Shown: piece after piece, positions 15,301 to 28,203 of the stretch
Layout: every line of letters starts with the position of its first letter
How positions within the stretch are numbered: the first letter of the stretch is position 1
NCBI GenBank assembly: GCA_964016885.1
Contig: OZ024741.1
Coordinates: 148,862,001 to 148,926,000, forward strand
DNA: 64,000 bases
Origin: Eledone cirrhosa
Lineage: Eukaryota
Direction: 5' to 3'
Position numbers and translations under genes: made by a program
The notes under the pieces: generated by a model
Told to the model about the DNA's origin: nothing
The model's database searches: none
The model's input: the letters and a program-made list of their open reading frames with translations, nothing else

Positions 15301-16348
15301 ATCCACATCTAATCTGGCATAGAACTGGTTCAAATTCTTTGAAGATTCTGCTGGTCATCGATTATTAATCAATCCATAACCAGCAAATTCGGACAAGGGA
15401 ACTTTCATCAGCCATATATGTTATATATCATCATCATCGTTTAACGTCTATCTTCCACGCTAGCATGTTTTAGACGGCATGTCTATGTATATATATATAT
15501 ATATATATACATGTTCTATCTTTCTTTCTCACTCATCTATTGAATCATACAAGTTATGATTGGTTTACACACGTGGTTGGTCAAAATATCTAGAATTCGA
15601 ATTCTAACCAATGCACTAATTCTATATTGCTGTCTAATTGCCTGTTGGCATTTAATGTACAGAAAGGCTTTAGGCACTACCATTGTTACCGTCACACTAA
15701 TTTTCGCCATGGTACTTGGAGACTGGAGCCGAATGCTACCGTTCTATTGTATAGTGATTAGAGACTGATTTTCTCTAATAACTGATATTTTTCATTCACT
15801 TGTTAATTTGTGTTTGTGATTTTATGGCTGCAGTAGAAGTATTTGAATTTCGACTCCTACCGTTACATATTTCCAAACTAGTAGCCAATTGGTTGACAGC
15901 ATTGTAATGACGTGTAGAGATTTCAGTTGCTAATGTACAACTGTGTTACTTGTCACATTTACTGTCATAGCCAACACGGACTTGAATCAAATTCTGTCGA
16001 TTGATTGGTTATTGATTAGATGAAACCCACTGATGAAGCCACAAGCGCCGATTATGCATTGTTGCATAATAAATGCAGACAGTGGATGTTATGTACTCTA
16101 CTGCTGCATTAATTGTGGCTGAAACTCGAATACAGGTATAGATTTAAGGTACCCATTTACGTGTGTAGTATTGAAGCAAATAACGTGTCTACTCTGGAAT
16201 TTTTACATAATATTACCTATTGAGTACACTTTGCTTAAACTTTAATCTGTTATTTTAATAAATATTTGCTCTACGGTTTAATATATATATTATCCATATC
16301 GAGCCCTCTTCGGATTTTAGTCTTCACATTTATTATTATTATTATTAT

Positions 16349-16386
<38 letters not shown>

Positions 16387-19300
16387 CTAGTACTACTATA
16401 TATTTGAAAAAAGAGAAGAATGATTTCACTGGTGGTTGGTGTTCTCTGATAATTCAAATCTTTACAGTGTCATTATTGATATAACAATAATGAATGTCAA
16501 CAAAATCTCCTTCCATCTACCGTGGTGTTGAATAGTAGTAGGAATTTTGTTTATCTTGTAATATCTATGCAGGTCATGACAAAAGATTAAAACGGTTGTT
16601 GTCAGAAAAGGCATCTGTTTGTTAAATGTTACTTCAAAGAGGACCATATAGTTAGCCTCCTATGAGATGAAACCCCATAGCAGACCAGCTAAAACTGTAT
16701 AGATGTGGCCTGTAAATTTCATTAAAACACATAAGGAGGCCAGCTAAAGCTGCATAGTTGTGAGTTGTAAATTTCATTTTTCATTCCTGTAATTTTACAA
16801 TGCTACATCTAGAAAATTTTACAGGACGATATCAGCTATATATACAGTTTATTATGGGGTGTGGGTTAAATTATTTGGTAAAAAGCAGTACTCTTTGACT
16901 TTATTTGCCAATTTATCTTTCTAACTGTTTGCTAAAGGTTGTTTATTGAATTGTCTTTGTAAATATTTCAGGCCCTACTAGTCACTGGCAACGACCAAGC
17001 ACTCAGAGCAGCACTACCTCGCCACATTATGACAACCATCTTCATTCATTAGTAAGTGGTTTACAATATTTTCTCCAGATATTCTATATTGAAATCTTCT
17101 AAACATTGCAGTTGGTCCAACTTGTTTGCAAGTGAATCTTATATATACTAGCAGAAAAACCACCCTCTGTGTGGTTTTCTGCTAGCATGTGTAGTGTGTA
17201 TATTGATATTATACGCAAGTATATGTATATATGCATGTAGATATGATAGATCAAATAACATTGTAATTGACAATATACACAGAAATTGAACGAGGACTGT
17301 GTTACACGCTCTTATGCAATCAGTAACGTAATCCATGATACATTAAAAAAGACGATATTATATAACTGCATTAGGAGAAAATTAGTGACGGAAATATATG
17401 AAGTTTATTTAAACGATTGCTAACCGGAAGTGTTGGCATTTGAAAATTTTAAAGAAGTGAATCTTTAAATAAACAATAAAATATATTTAATCAACAGCTA
17501 CGAAATTTAGTAGATAAATTATGTAATATTCATTCATTATTTATTCAAAGTAATCCAACTTATTTTACTATTGGGATAAAAAATTATAAAACATACGCAG
17601 TCCCGCACTCCTTACTTTATTATAGTTTAGATTGTTTTCTACAGTAATTCATTTGAACAAACAGCAAAGTCACTGAATCATTTGATTGTCAGATTAAATG
17701 TTTCAGCATTTATTCCAGCTCACCAAAGTCAACTTTGTCTTTTGCTTTTTATCCTTTCCTAGTCAATAAATAAATGGGTGGAGTATTGGTAAAATTGTTA
17801 AAGAGTTGAAGAGGATGCTTTGTGGTATCTGATCTGGCCCTGTGCATTCTAAGTTTAAATCCTGCCTATTTCTGCCAGAAGTTGCAACCAGTGGATAGAA
17901 TCACCATAGTTTCTCTGTTCTAATCTAATAATTGGGCTCTTTTCCTTTCATTTGTGCAAAGTTATTTTGACATTGCATGTATTAAAAAGTCCTAAATACT
18001 ACAAATGCCTTTATTATCTGGCTGATTTGGCGGTGGATTGGCAGTATCGGTAGAGAGTCGGACGCCATGCTTTCCAGCATAGTTACGTCCCTTTACGGTC
18101 TGAGTTCAAATCCCGCCGAGGTTTACTTTGCCTTTCATCCTTACGAGGTCGATAAAATAAAGTACCAGTAATGCACAGGGTAATTGCAGGCCTTGTGCCT
18201 AAAGTAGAAACAATTATCTGGCTGATTTCATTCCAACAGTGAAGCTGTTCACATGTAAAAGTACTTAATTTCTACTAATGGAAGGTTAAAACATTTTGAT
18301 ATGCACAGTATTACAGACTTTATGGTCCTCCACTTTGCTTTACCTAACTCAGGTTATCAGAGCCTATGGGCATTAAAAAGGCATCAACTTATACAAACAC
18401 TAGGTCAGAGAAAAAAACATGTATGTTCTTAATTTTCTACACTGATCCAATTTACATAGCATGCAACACATGCATAATAACTGTGTGTTGATGTATGAGA
18501 TATATTCTTCTATGTTTTTACTGGTTTCAGTCATTAGACTGTGGCCATGCTGGGGTATAGCCTTTATTTAGTCCATCATCCAATGCAGTTATTTTTTTCA
18601 ATCTGGTACATATGTTATCAATCTCTTTTTTATTGAAATGCTTAGTTATGGGAAATAAATACAAATGCAGGAGGACACACATACAGATTTAATTTGATAA
18701 GGAGTGAGACCTCTTAGAAACTTAAGATAAACTAACATACTTTGCTATGGGTTCTTTCACGGTACTGAAAAACATGAGACTCTCTTAAAAATTTTAATGT
18801 TCTTTTATAGTTGTTTTTGCTAATTTTAACATAAAACTTCCTTCGTTACTGTATTAAATTTTTGTTTGTTATCTTTCATTAAAGCTACGCTACAGCAGGG
18901 GAGAAAACAAGAACATTCAAAAGGTAAGTTACTGTTATGTTCATATTTGTTTCGGTTGCTGAATACAACCAGGGGTCGCTGCTTCTCCTGAAGGTCAATA
19001 GTTCTCTTCTAACTCGAGCGGGAGCGCCTTTCCATTGTCAATTTGCATTGATCATCTGCAGAACCACTACACCAGTCTTTCGATGTGTGCAGCTGGATCT
19101 ACTGCCACCGATTGATTTGGCTTGATCGCAACTCATTTCTACAGCTGAGTAAACTGGAGCAACGTGAAATAAAGTGTCTTGCTCAAGGACACAACACACC
19201 ACCCGGTCCGAGAATCACACTCACAACCTTTCGATTGCAAGCTCCATGTGCCTTCACTATAGTTGAGCAGTGTTTAAAGATCTCTTGAACTAGATTCTGT

Positions 19301-22006
19301 TATGGTATTTATCTTGTAACTTATAATTATTGTCAAAGTATGTGTCCTAAAAAGTATTTCTGAATAGTGCTATACTTGTTTGTAGTTCAAATAATTTATT
19401 ATTGTCATTGTCACAGGGAATGTTAGTGAGTGCTGTAGAAGCAAGCTCCTCAAAAGGCTAAGTCTATGATCAGATAACGGTTTAAAGTTATAGGCATTTG
19501 ACTGAATGAAATTTGTCAATACATTTACAAAAAAAATGAGGAAGTCAGAATTGCTGGCTTGTGTCTATGTTAGAAGTCTTTATAATTCCAGCTGGAAAAC
19601 TGGATTAAAAATAACAAAATACTTATTGTAACGTGCTGGAACTGGGGAACTGGACAAGATGCTTTTTGTTATTTGGTTTCATGTGAAGGTAGCGAATTAG
19701 AAGAGCTGGATTGTTGGGTTATATTCGCTGGTATTTGTTCCAGCTTTCTAGGCTCTGAATTCATATTTCACTAGGGTCAACTTTACCTTTCATCCTTTCA
19801 GGATTGATAAAGAAAGTACTAGTCCAAGAGTGAGGGAATTGGCAGAATTGTTAGTCAGATGGGATGCTTTGTAGTATCTGTTCTGTTTCTGTATGTTTTG
19901 AGTTCAAAAGCTGTCACCAGGAAAGTAATGGTGATTCTGCCAGGAGTTGCTACTACTAAATAGTATCAGGCTAGTTTCCTTGGTCTGATTTGACAATTGG
20001 CTCCTTTCTGTATTTTCTTAGTTTTAATTTCACAGGAGATTCTTTTACTTTGCATTCTTCCAGATCTTATAGAACAGTAGTACCGGTCATATTCTAGGAT
20101 CAACTCTTGTGTTTAAACATTAAAAAAAGAAGGAATTATCATCATTATTCTTATTGCTTTTATTCTTGTTGTTATGGCAGGTGGTGTGATTTTGTGGTAA
20201 GTTTTTGTCATTGCTGTTGTCATTGTACTCCTTTAAGCAATGCACACCACTACTCTTATTTGTCTAGCAGAAGTCTAGTTATATCTTCCATTACCTATTT
20301 GGCCTTAGCAAGCACACCCAAAACACATCCACTGAGAATCTTGTGCAAATTTCAGAATTTGTATACTTATCTAACTCTTGTATTATATAAGTATTTCTTT
20401 TTACAATATTGTCACTCCCACACACTTACCCACTATAGTATTTGTGATGCTTTGTAGTTAACTGGACAATCTCCAAACATTTACTGTAATGTCATATATA
20501 TTCTCACACACATTATTGTATTACTCATCATAAATTTGGAAGTATATGTTTGCCACCAAGAGTAGCAGTAGGTAAATATATAAAAAATGTATGAATAAGA
20601 ATAAATAAATAAATTCACTATGCCTGAATTTGACTAAAACAATTCATTCTATTGCCCACACTCAAACACTACAAATATAGTATTAAAGAAAGAAGTAATT
20701 TGGAAAAAAAAGTAAGGTATTTTCATATCATTTTTTTCTGTTCATCAGCAAAAAAAAAAAAAGGAGTAAAATGAAAATGCAATATTGTGTAACCATTATT
20801 AGTATTCAGTGTTCTCTCAGCAGATGACATTTTCTTGTATATGTATATGTGTGCCTACATGCTCACTTTCCAGTGTTAATTTGTCTCTCACTATTTACCT
20901 GCCACATCACAGACCACCGTATCTAAGTGGACTGGGAGGAGGGAATAAAATTTATAATTCAAACCTGTGCAGGTTTACTTAGCCTTATATAAAGTTCTAT
21001 CTTATAGGAGGTTACTCAGTTGTTTTAATGATAGGGTTACCCATTCCTATCATGAAATGAAGTATTGAGGTTACATTTTAGACTTCCCCACCCCACATAG
21101 GGCACCCTCTCCAGTGCTGGGGCCAGGATAGAATGCACCAAGTACAAGATGTCAAAAATGATATATACTAGCAATGCATGGAGTCTGCTGTCTTGCAATT
21201 CAGCTTATTGAGTTCATATCTATAAAGGCAGTAACTCTGAATAAGAATTGATAGAGTGAGTTCTTTAGTCTTCCTTTCATGGGACAAGCTATCTGGTACT
21301 GGTGGCATGAGTAATAAAAGTACATCCAGTCCATATTGTAAGACATATGCAACAGCAAAGTTGGCTGGTTTTCTCTGTTCAGAATACAAGACAATTTAGT
21401 TTGCAACAAATGACAATATTTATAACATATAATGCACACACAAACAAAACAGACCAAAAAAATATTATGGAGCAAAATATTGATTTCTAGAGCCAGAGTA
21501 TCAATAGCTTGTGCCTGTGTATTATTTATTTTTTTTTTTTTTTTAATATATATATATTGGTTTCACTCATTAGACTGCAACCATGTTGGGACACCATCTT
21601 GATTTAGTCAATCATATCAACCCAAGTACTTATTTTTTTCAAGTCTGACATATTTTATTCATCTCTTTTTTGTTGAGCCACTAAGTTATAGGACATACAT
21701 ATAAACACAAACATAAACATGAGCACACAAATATGTATTTTTATATAAATAAATGTCTCTCTCTCTATATATATATATATTACACAGTCCACACTGTAAT
21801 GTGGCCGTGTAGGTAACACGGTAAAAACCTCCCAGTCCACACTGTAAACGGGGTTGGTGTTAGGAAGGGCATCCAGCCGTAGAAAACCCGCCAGACAGTC
21901 CTATACGAGCAAGTCAACCAATCTTGCCTCAAGTGGGAAAACTCCCGTCCAAACCCATGCAAGCGTGGAAGATGGACGTTAAACGATGATGATGATGATG
22001 ATGATG

Positions 22007-22044
<38 letters not shown>

Positions 22045-25000
22045 TATATGTATATATATATATCATCATCATCATCATTTTACGTCTGCTTTTCCCTGCT
22101 TGCAAGGGTGGGACATGTATATATAATAGATATGTATATTAAATTTCATGTTTCGGGTTGATATTAGACATTTCCAATATAGATGCCTTTTTAATTCTGT
22201 CTTTTCTACACACATACAATTCCACTACCACCCTCTTTTCCTACCCACACTCCCCACTCATTGTGTTATTTTGTTATCTTCATAGCTTTTTGTAAGACAA
22301 CACTTCTGATTTCTGTGTTCTTCTGTGTTCTTCTGTGTTACAACAGCAATACCTGTTATTGTCATCAGTGGTAGTAAGGAAGAACATTTTTCTGGAGTTG
22401 CTTCAAACTACCACTACAAACCCTCCTCACCTACTGAGCTTCTCTCTCTCTCTAGAACATTTTCTTGAGTTGCTTCAAACTACCACACACCTCACCTACT
22501 GAGCCCCCCCCCACACACACACACACAATGACTCACTGTTTATATACCAGGCTAGACTTTAGAACATTTGCCTCCATGATCAGCTTATGTATTTAAAGTG
22601 TGTGCTGTTTTGTCAGACTGCCAAGAATATTAAACCTTTAGCTTGTTTCTAGTAGTGGCAACAGCAGCAGCAGTGATGTTTAACCCTTTTGTTATAATTT
22701 TTCTAATGAAATACACTGCATTTGTATAAATTAATGAAGAATTTAGAAGGTTTTACTAAAGTTAATGATTATTTCGTTATTGAGATGGTATTTGTAATGA
22801 AAGGTTCTTATATCAAATTATATTGGGAGATTTTAATTTAAATAGGATCCCTTTAAAATGAGAGTTTTATTTCATAGAACCAGAGGTGGTAAACTTATAG
22901 TTTATCTATAATCTCCACCTATAGTCTACCTGTAATCCTCACCTATAATCTACCTGTAATCCCCACCTATAATCTACCACCATCAGCTAATAATTAAACT
23001 CATCAACCTTCAAGATTTGTTCATATTCTGTATCTAAAACTCTTCAGTAGATATTTTCTTTATATAGCTATATAAATATATGTTCTCGTCAGGTAATGTT
23101 GTTATAGCTAACTTTTGTGGATTGTTCTATTACTAAAGGATTTCAATTAGAAGTGTCTGTTAATTGGTGGTGGTATTGTAGTGATGGTAATATTGGTGGT
23201 AGTGATGGCAGTTACAGCCGCCACAGCCATAATTGTGGGGAGCTGTTTCTTTGTTTGTTTTTTGTTTCTGTAAAATGTAAACTCTTCCTTCCTGGTTACA
23301 TTATTGTTGCTACAGCCATCATCATTATCAACATCACTAGCTTTTTCATTCAAGCCTCACTTAGGCAACATATTTGAAATACTTCTTACTGAATACTTTC
23401 TTCATCTCCACCTATAGCCTACCTGTAATCTCCACCTATAGTTTACCTAGAATTCACCAATCACATGTATTTATTCCTTTATATTTGTGTGTGTGTGTAT
23501 GTATATGTGCGCACACACACGCACATGCGTGTCCAAGCCATGCCAGCATAGAAAATGGTGATGCTCGTGGCAGTGATACAGCTAAGTTAGAATTTTGATA
23601 CAGAAATCTGTGACTTTCACCCCATTTCTACGCACTTATTAATGAATCCATATTTGATTGTCCACTTTTAATAATATCTAGTTATAAGGTAAATACTATA
23701 TATACTCATATATAATCAAAGAAATATGACAAAAAAGTCGATAGTAAAAATGGGGGGGGGGGGGGGGGGGGGCTTATATTCGATGTCAGTGTTTTGCTGA
23801 TTTTCACCAACTTCACCGTCTTATAAAGTGCTAAAATAAATGGGATGATTATTTTACAATGAAACACTGTTTTTCTACATTTACTACATCGTTATTGGTG
23901 TTATTTATTCATTCTCTTGAAAATATTTCCAACCATTTTTTATAATTTGAACTTTTTAATATATGAATATGCCGCACACATACATGCACACACATACACT
24001 TACATATTTTCCCTGTCTTATAATACTTTTTATTTCTATCTTATGTAAGATTGAAATCTTCCGGTTTGTATTTTCTTTTTCCCGTTCCCACCCTCTCCTT
24101 TTCTCGACTGCTGTTTCTCCATCCCTCTTCTATTCTATGAATCCCTATACAAAGTTCTCTTAGTTGATCTGCTTTCAAAATACTTCTAGCATGTGAGTGG
24201 CAAAGTAAACAAAAATTCAAGAAACTTGTTGAAATTTTTATAAAAACATGAAATGGTAAAAAATCATTATGAAATTGTGAAACAAAATCTATACTTTAAA
24301 TGACACTTGAAACATTTTAAACATCAAAATATTAAAACTTCTTAGATATTTTATACTCATGAGAATTTCAAAGCCACACCATCTAAACATGATTTGTTAA
24401 TTACCTGCCTCAGCATATAAATGGGGTTTGGATTTTTGCCCATTTCTCAGGCATAAAATAGGGTGCTCAGCTTATATTGGAATATATACAGTAAATCTAT
24501 ACACTGTTATTATTACGTTAATGACCAGGTTTAGACTGATGTATGTATTTGTATTGGCAAAGTTGTTAAAGCATCAGATTAAATGCTGGTTATTGTTAGA
24601 ACATCCTACGTTCAACTTGGTCCCAGCAATCTGAGTTCAAATTCTTCACATTGTCCAATCCATAGTTGGTCAACATGAACAAGTAGGCTTAAACCAGTAT
24701 AATTGCTGAGGTATTATTCTATAGTAGATCATGGATTAATATGGGGAATATTATTGTCATGTTGACTGAGTAAAAGTGCCATTTTCCTTGTTTGAAGAAA
24801 TCAATAATTATATTAAAAAATGTAAATTCTCATTTAACTGCTTTGATACCAAACTGCCTGAAACCACCCAAGTTTCTATGATACAAAGTTGTATGTTTTA
24901 AAGTGTTTATATTTATCTAAAAAAAAATTTCATTATGATTTTATGTGAAATCCATTCTTAAGTTATATTCCAAACACCACCTTAATTATGAGGTAGTTAG

Positions 25001-26549
25001 TTATATTACTAAATCTTCAAAATTTTGTTATTTGAAAATCATAGGGAGTGTCTTTCATTAGGTAATGAAAAGATTAAAAACATTCCATAATAATTATGTT
25101 AAACCATCCATTACTGCTTTCCAATTAATGGAGACACATAATTAGTCGCTGAGTTCAAATCCCACTGAGGTTAACTTTGTCTTTCATCCTTACAAGGTTG
25201 ATAAAATAAAGTACCAGTAATGTACTGTGTAATTGCTGGCCTTGTGCCAAAAGTAGAAACAATTATTACTATTACCATATAGGGTTGGGCACCATGCTTT
25301 CCAACATAGTTACATACCTTTATGGTCTGAGTTCAAATCCCGTTGAGGTTAACTTTACCTTTCATCCTTACGGGGTCGATAAAATAAAGTACCAGTAATG
25401 TACTGAGTAATTGGTGGCCTTGTGCCAAAAGTAGAAACAATTATTACTATTACCATTTTATGTCTATTTTCCATGAATGGTTTAGACAGGTTGTCTTGCT
25501 CATATGTTCCATTTTTTAGCTTGGTGTCTATGACTGGATGCTCTTCCTAATGCCAATCACTTTACAGCATGTACTGGGTGCATTTTTCATGACACTAGCA
25601 CTATCACCTACAGGATGAACTAAGAGCTTTCTCTCATATCACCAGCACAATCACTTTACACTGGACTTGGTGCTTTTTTGTCATGGTACTAGTACTGCCA
25701 CTTTACAGGGTAGACTCAAGTGCTTTTTATCATGGCACCAGCACTACTTCATTCTGCCATTTGGGTGTTTGTTATGTCCTTAGCTCGGCTGAAGAATAAT
25801 TGATGAGTAGGGAAAACTACATATTGCTTGCCAAGGGAGGGAGTCATCCTACAGTGGGAGAGCAAGTGCCATGTCATGGATTTGTGTCTAGCAGTATATT
25901 GTGAGGCATGCCCAGCTTTCCATGTAAGTATGAGTTTGACAGAAAAAATTAATATCACAAAAGGGTTAATTATGATGTAATTATTTCTTTTTCTTTCTTT
26001 CTCTTCTAGCAAAGTAGAATGGAAGAACGTTTAGATGATGCCATATTGGTTCTACGCAACCATGCCGAAGGTCAACCACCTCCCGGTATGATTCCAGGTT
26101 TGACAGGAGGTCCAAGCAGCATAATGCAACCACCGCCACATTCCAATGGGACATCAGCTGGAATACCAGGTGGGCCAAATGCCAATATGCCATCTTACCA
26201 AAGTCTCAGTATGGCTGTGGCAGCTGCTGCACACATGGATTCCCATATGGTGAGAAGATACACTTCGCTTTTCATCTTATAGAATAATAATAACAATAAT
26301 ATCATTCAACAGGGAAAAAATGTTGACTTTGCTGTTTATTAGCCAGTATTTAGATTATGAGTGTTGTTGTTATTATTATTTGATTTATTTTATTAATTTT
26401 GTTTGAACACGAATGGAGAACTTTGCCATTGAGATGTGGAATTAAAAACAATTTATATAGAATTAAAATTTACATTAATGATTTTTATTTTTTTTTATTT
26501 TTTTTTTTTAGATGAAATTTTATAGAAATACCCTCTGTGAACTTTTATT

Positions 26550-26597
<48 letters not shown>

Positions 26598-27020
26598 TGA
26601 AACCCAACAATAGCTTCATATCTTCATTAAAAGTAGATGGTCCCAAGATTTCTGGTCAAATTCATAATTTTGTCTCGTTTTTATATTAGTTAACAATTCT
26701 TTCTCTCCCCCTCCCGCTTGCTCTTTGTTAAAAGCAGTTATAACTTGTTACTCCTTTTTACTTTTCTTTTTTACATTTCCTTTTCCATATGGCTTTTATT
26801 AATACTTACCCAAGTTCTCACAGATGGTTTCAATGTTCTTTTAGTGAGGCTAGGTTTGTGAATGTTAGAACTTGCCACTATGAATGTTTATTTTGTAACT
26901 GGCACAGTTAGGAAAATAAATACGGTTCACCAATGGGAACCGTGAGGCAGCTAGGCATAACAAACAGGAAAAATGTCAGTGCTCGAGTAAGCTGGAAGAA
27001 AGCTATGGAAAAAAAAAAAC

Positions 27021-27055
<35 letters not shown>

Positions 27056-27320
27056 CATCACCAGCACTGTTTAACATCTATTTTCCATACTTGCACATAT
27101 GTGTGTATGTATACGTATCTATATATGTGTGTTATGTATGTATTAAGTTGATGACCACATGGCCTCAAGTTCTCTATATAGTATTAAATGATTACCAGAT
27201 GCTAAGGTTTTCTTCTTTTTTTCCCCGCCAGTCGGAAGAATCTTGAATTTTCAATGTGAAGTGTTATTCAATCTTTTTGATGTTTTTGACATTGAGTGTT
27301 TTATGCTTTCCATTAAGTAA

Positions 27321-27380
<60 letters not shown>

Positions 27381-28168
27381 TTGTGTGTGTGTATGCACTT
27401 AGGCATATGATTGTTCACTATTTTGTTTTACCTTTATGTAATTTTTCATTAGATTAGGTTAGGTGTTTAATAAGACTCTGTTTGTAACCCACTGCATTTT
27501 CTAGTAGTAAAGCTGTATCTGACTCTCATGCACAATATTAAGTTTCTGTTTGTATATATTAAACAAAGATAGAAATTCAATACTATGAAGACAAGATAGT
27601 GCAACTATTAAGTGCAGAAGACATGTATGTGTGTGTTTAAGGCACTGAAAATAAGACAAGGGAGTTAGGCAGATGATGAGGAAATATTTAAGAAATTAAA
27701 GCACACACACACCTAAAGTGACATTTGGTTTTTACAAAATAGCTAACATATTTTAATTATCTCAAAGACAATTTTTGGTGATGATATTTTTCATTATATT
27801 TATTCAACTAGGTGTTAAGTGGTTGATAACTACACACTACTTTCTTTCTCATCGGTAAATGGTCGGACGCCATGCTTTCCAGCATAGTTACGTCCCTTTA
27901 TGATCTGAGTTCAAATCCCGCCGAGGTTGACTTTGCCTTTCATCCTTACGGGGTCGATAAAATAAAGTACCAGTAAGGCACTGGGTAATTGCTGGCCTTG
28001 TGCCTAAAGTAGAAACAATTATTTCTGTTCATCTCATTCTCTCTAACTTGCTCTTATCTCTCTCACTTTCTGTCTTCACCTCTCTTCTATTTCCCCTCTT
28101 TATCTTGCATTCTAACCTCTCTCTCACTTCAAATTAGGTGTTTATAGTGAGCAAAGTCTCTCTCTCTC

Positions 28169-28203
<35 letters not shown>

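Noticed and set aside
18029-18120. tRNA gene call from A/B boxes
   Set aside because: No cloverleaf; a multi-copy SINE head with TSDs.
27232-27250. Strong-looking acceptor ttttccccgccag as the missing exon after 26249
   Set aside because: In phase 0 it reads SEES* with no good donor; 28416-28485 fits both phase and homology.
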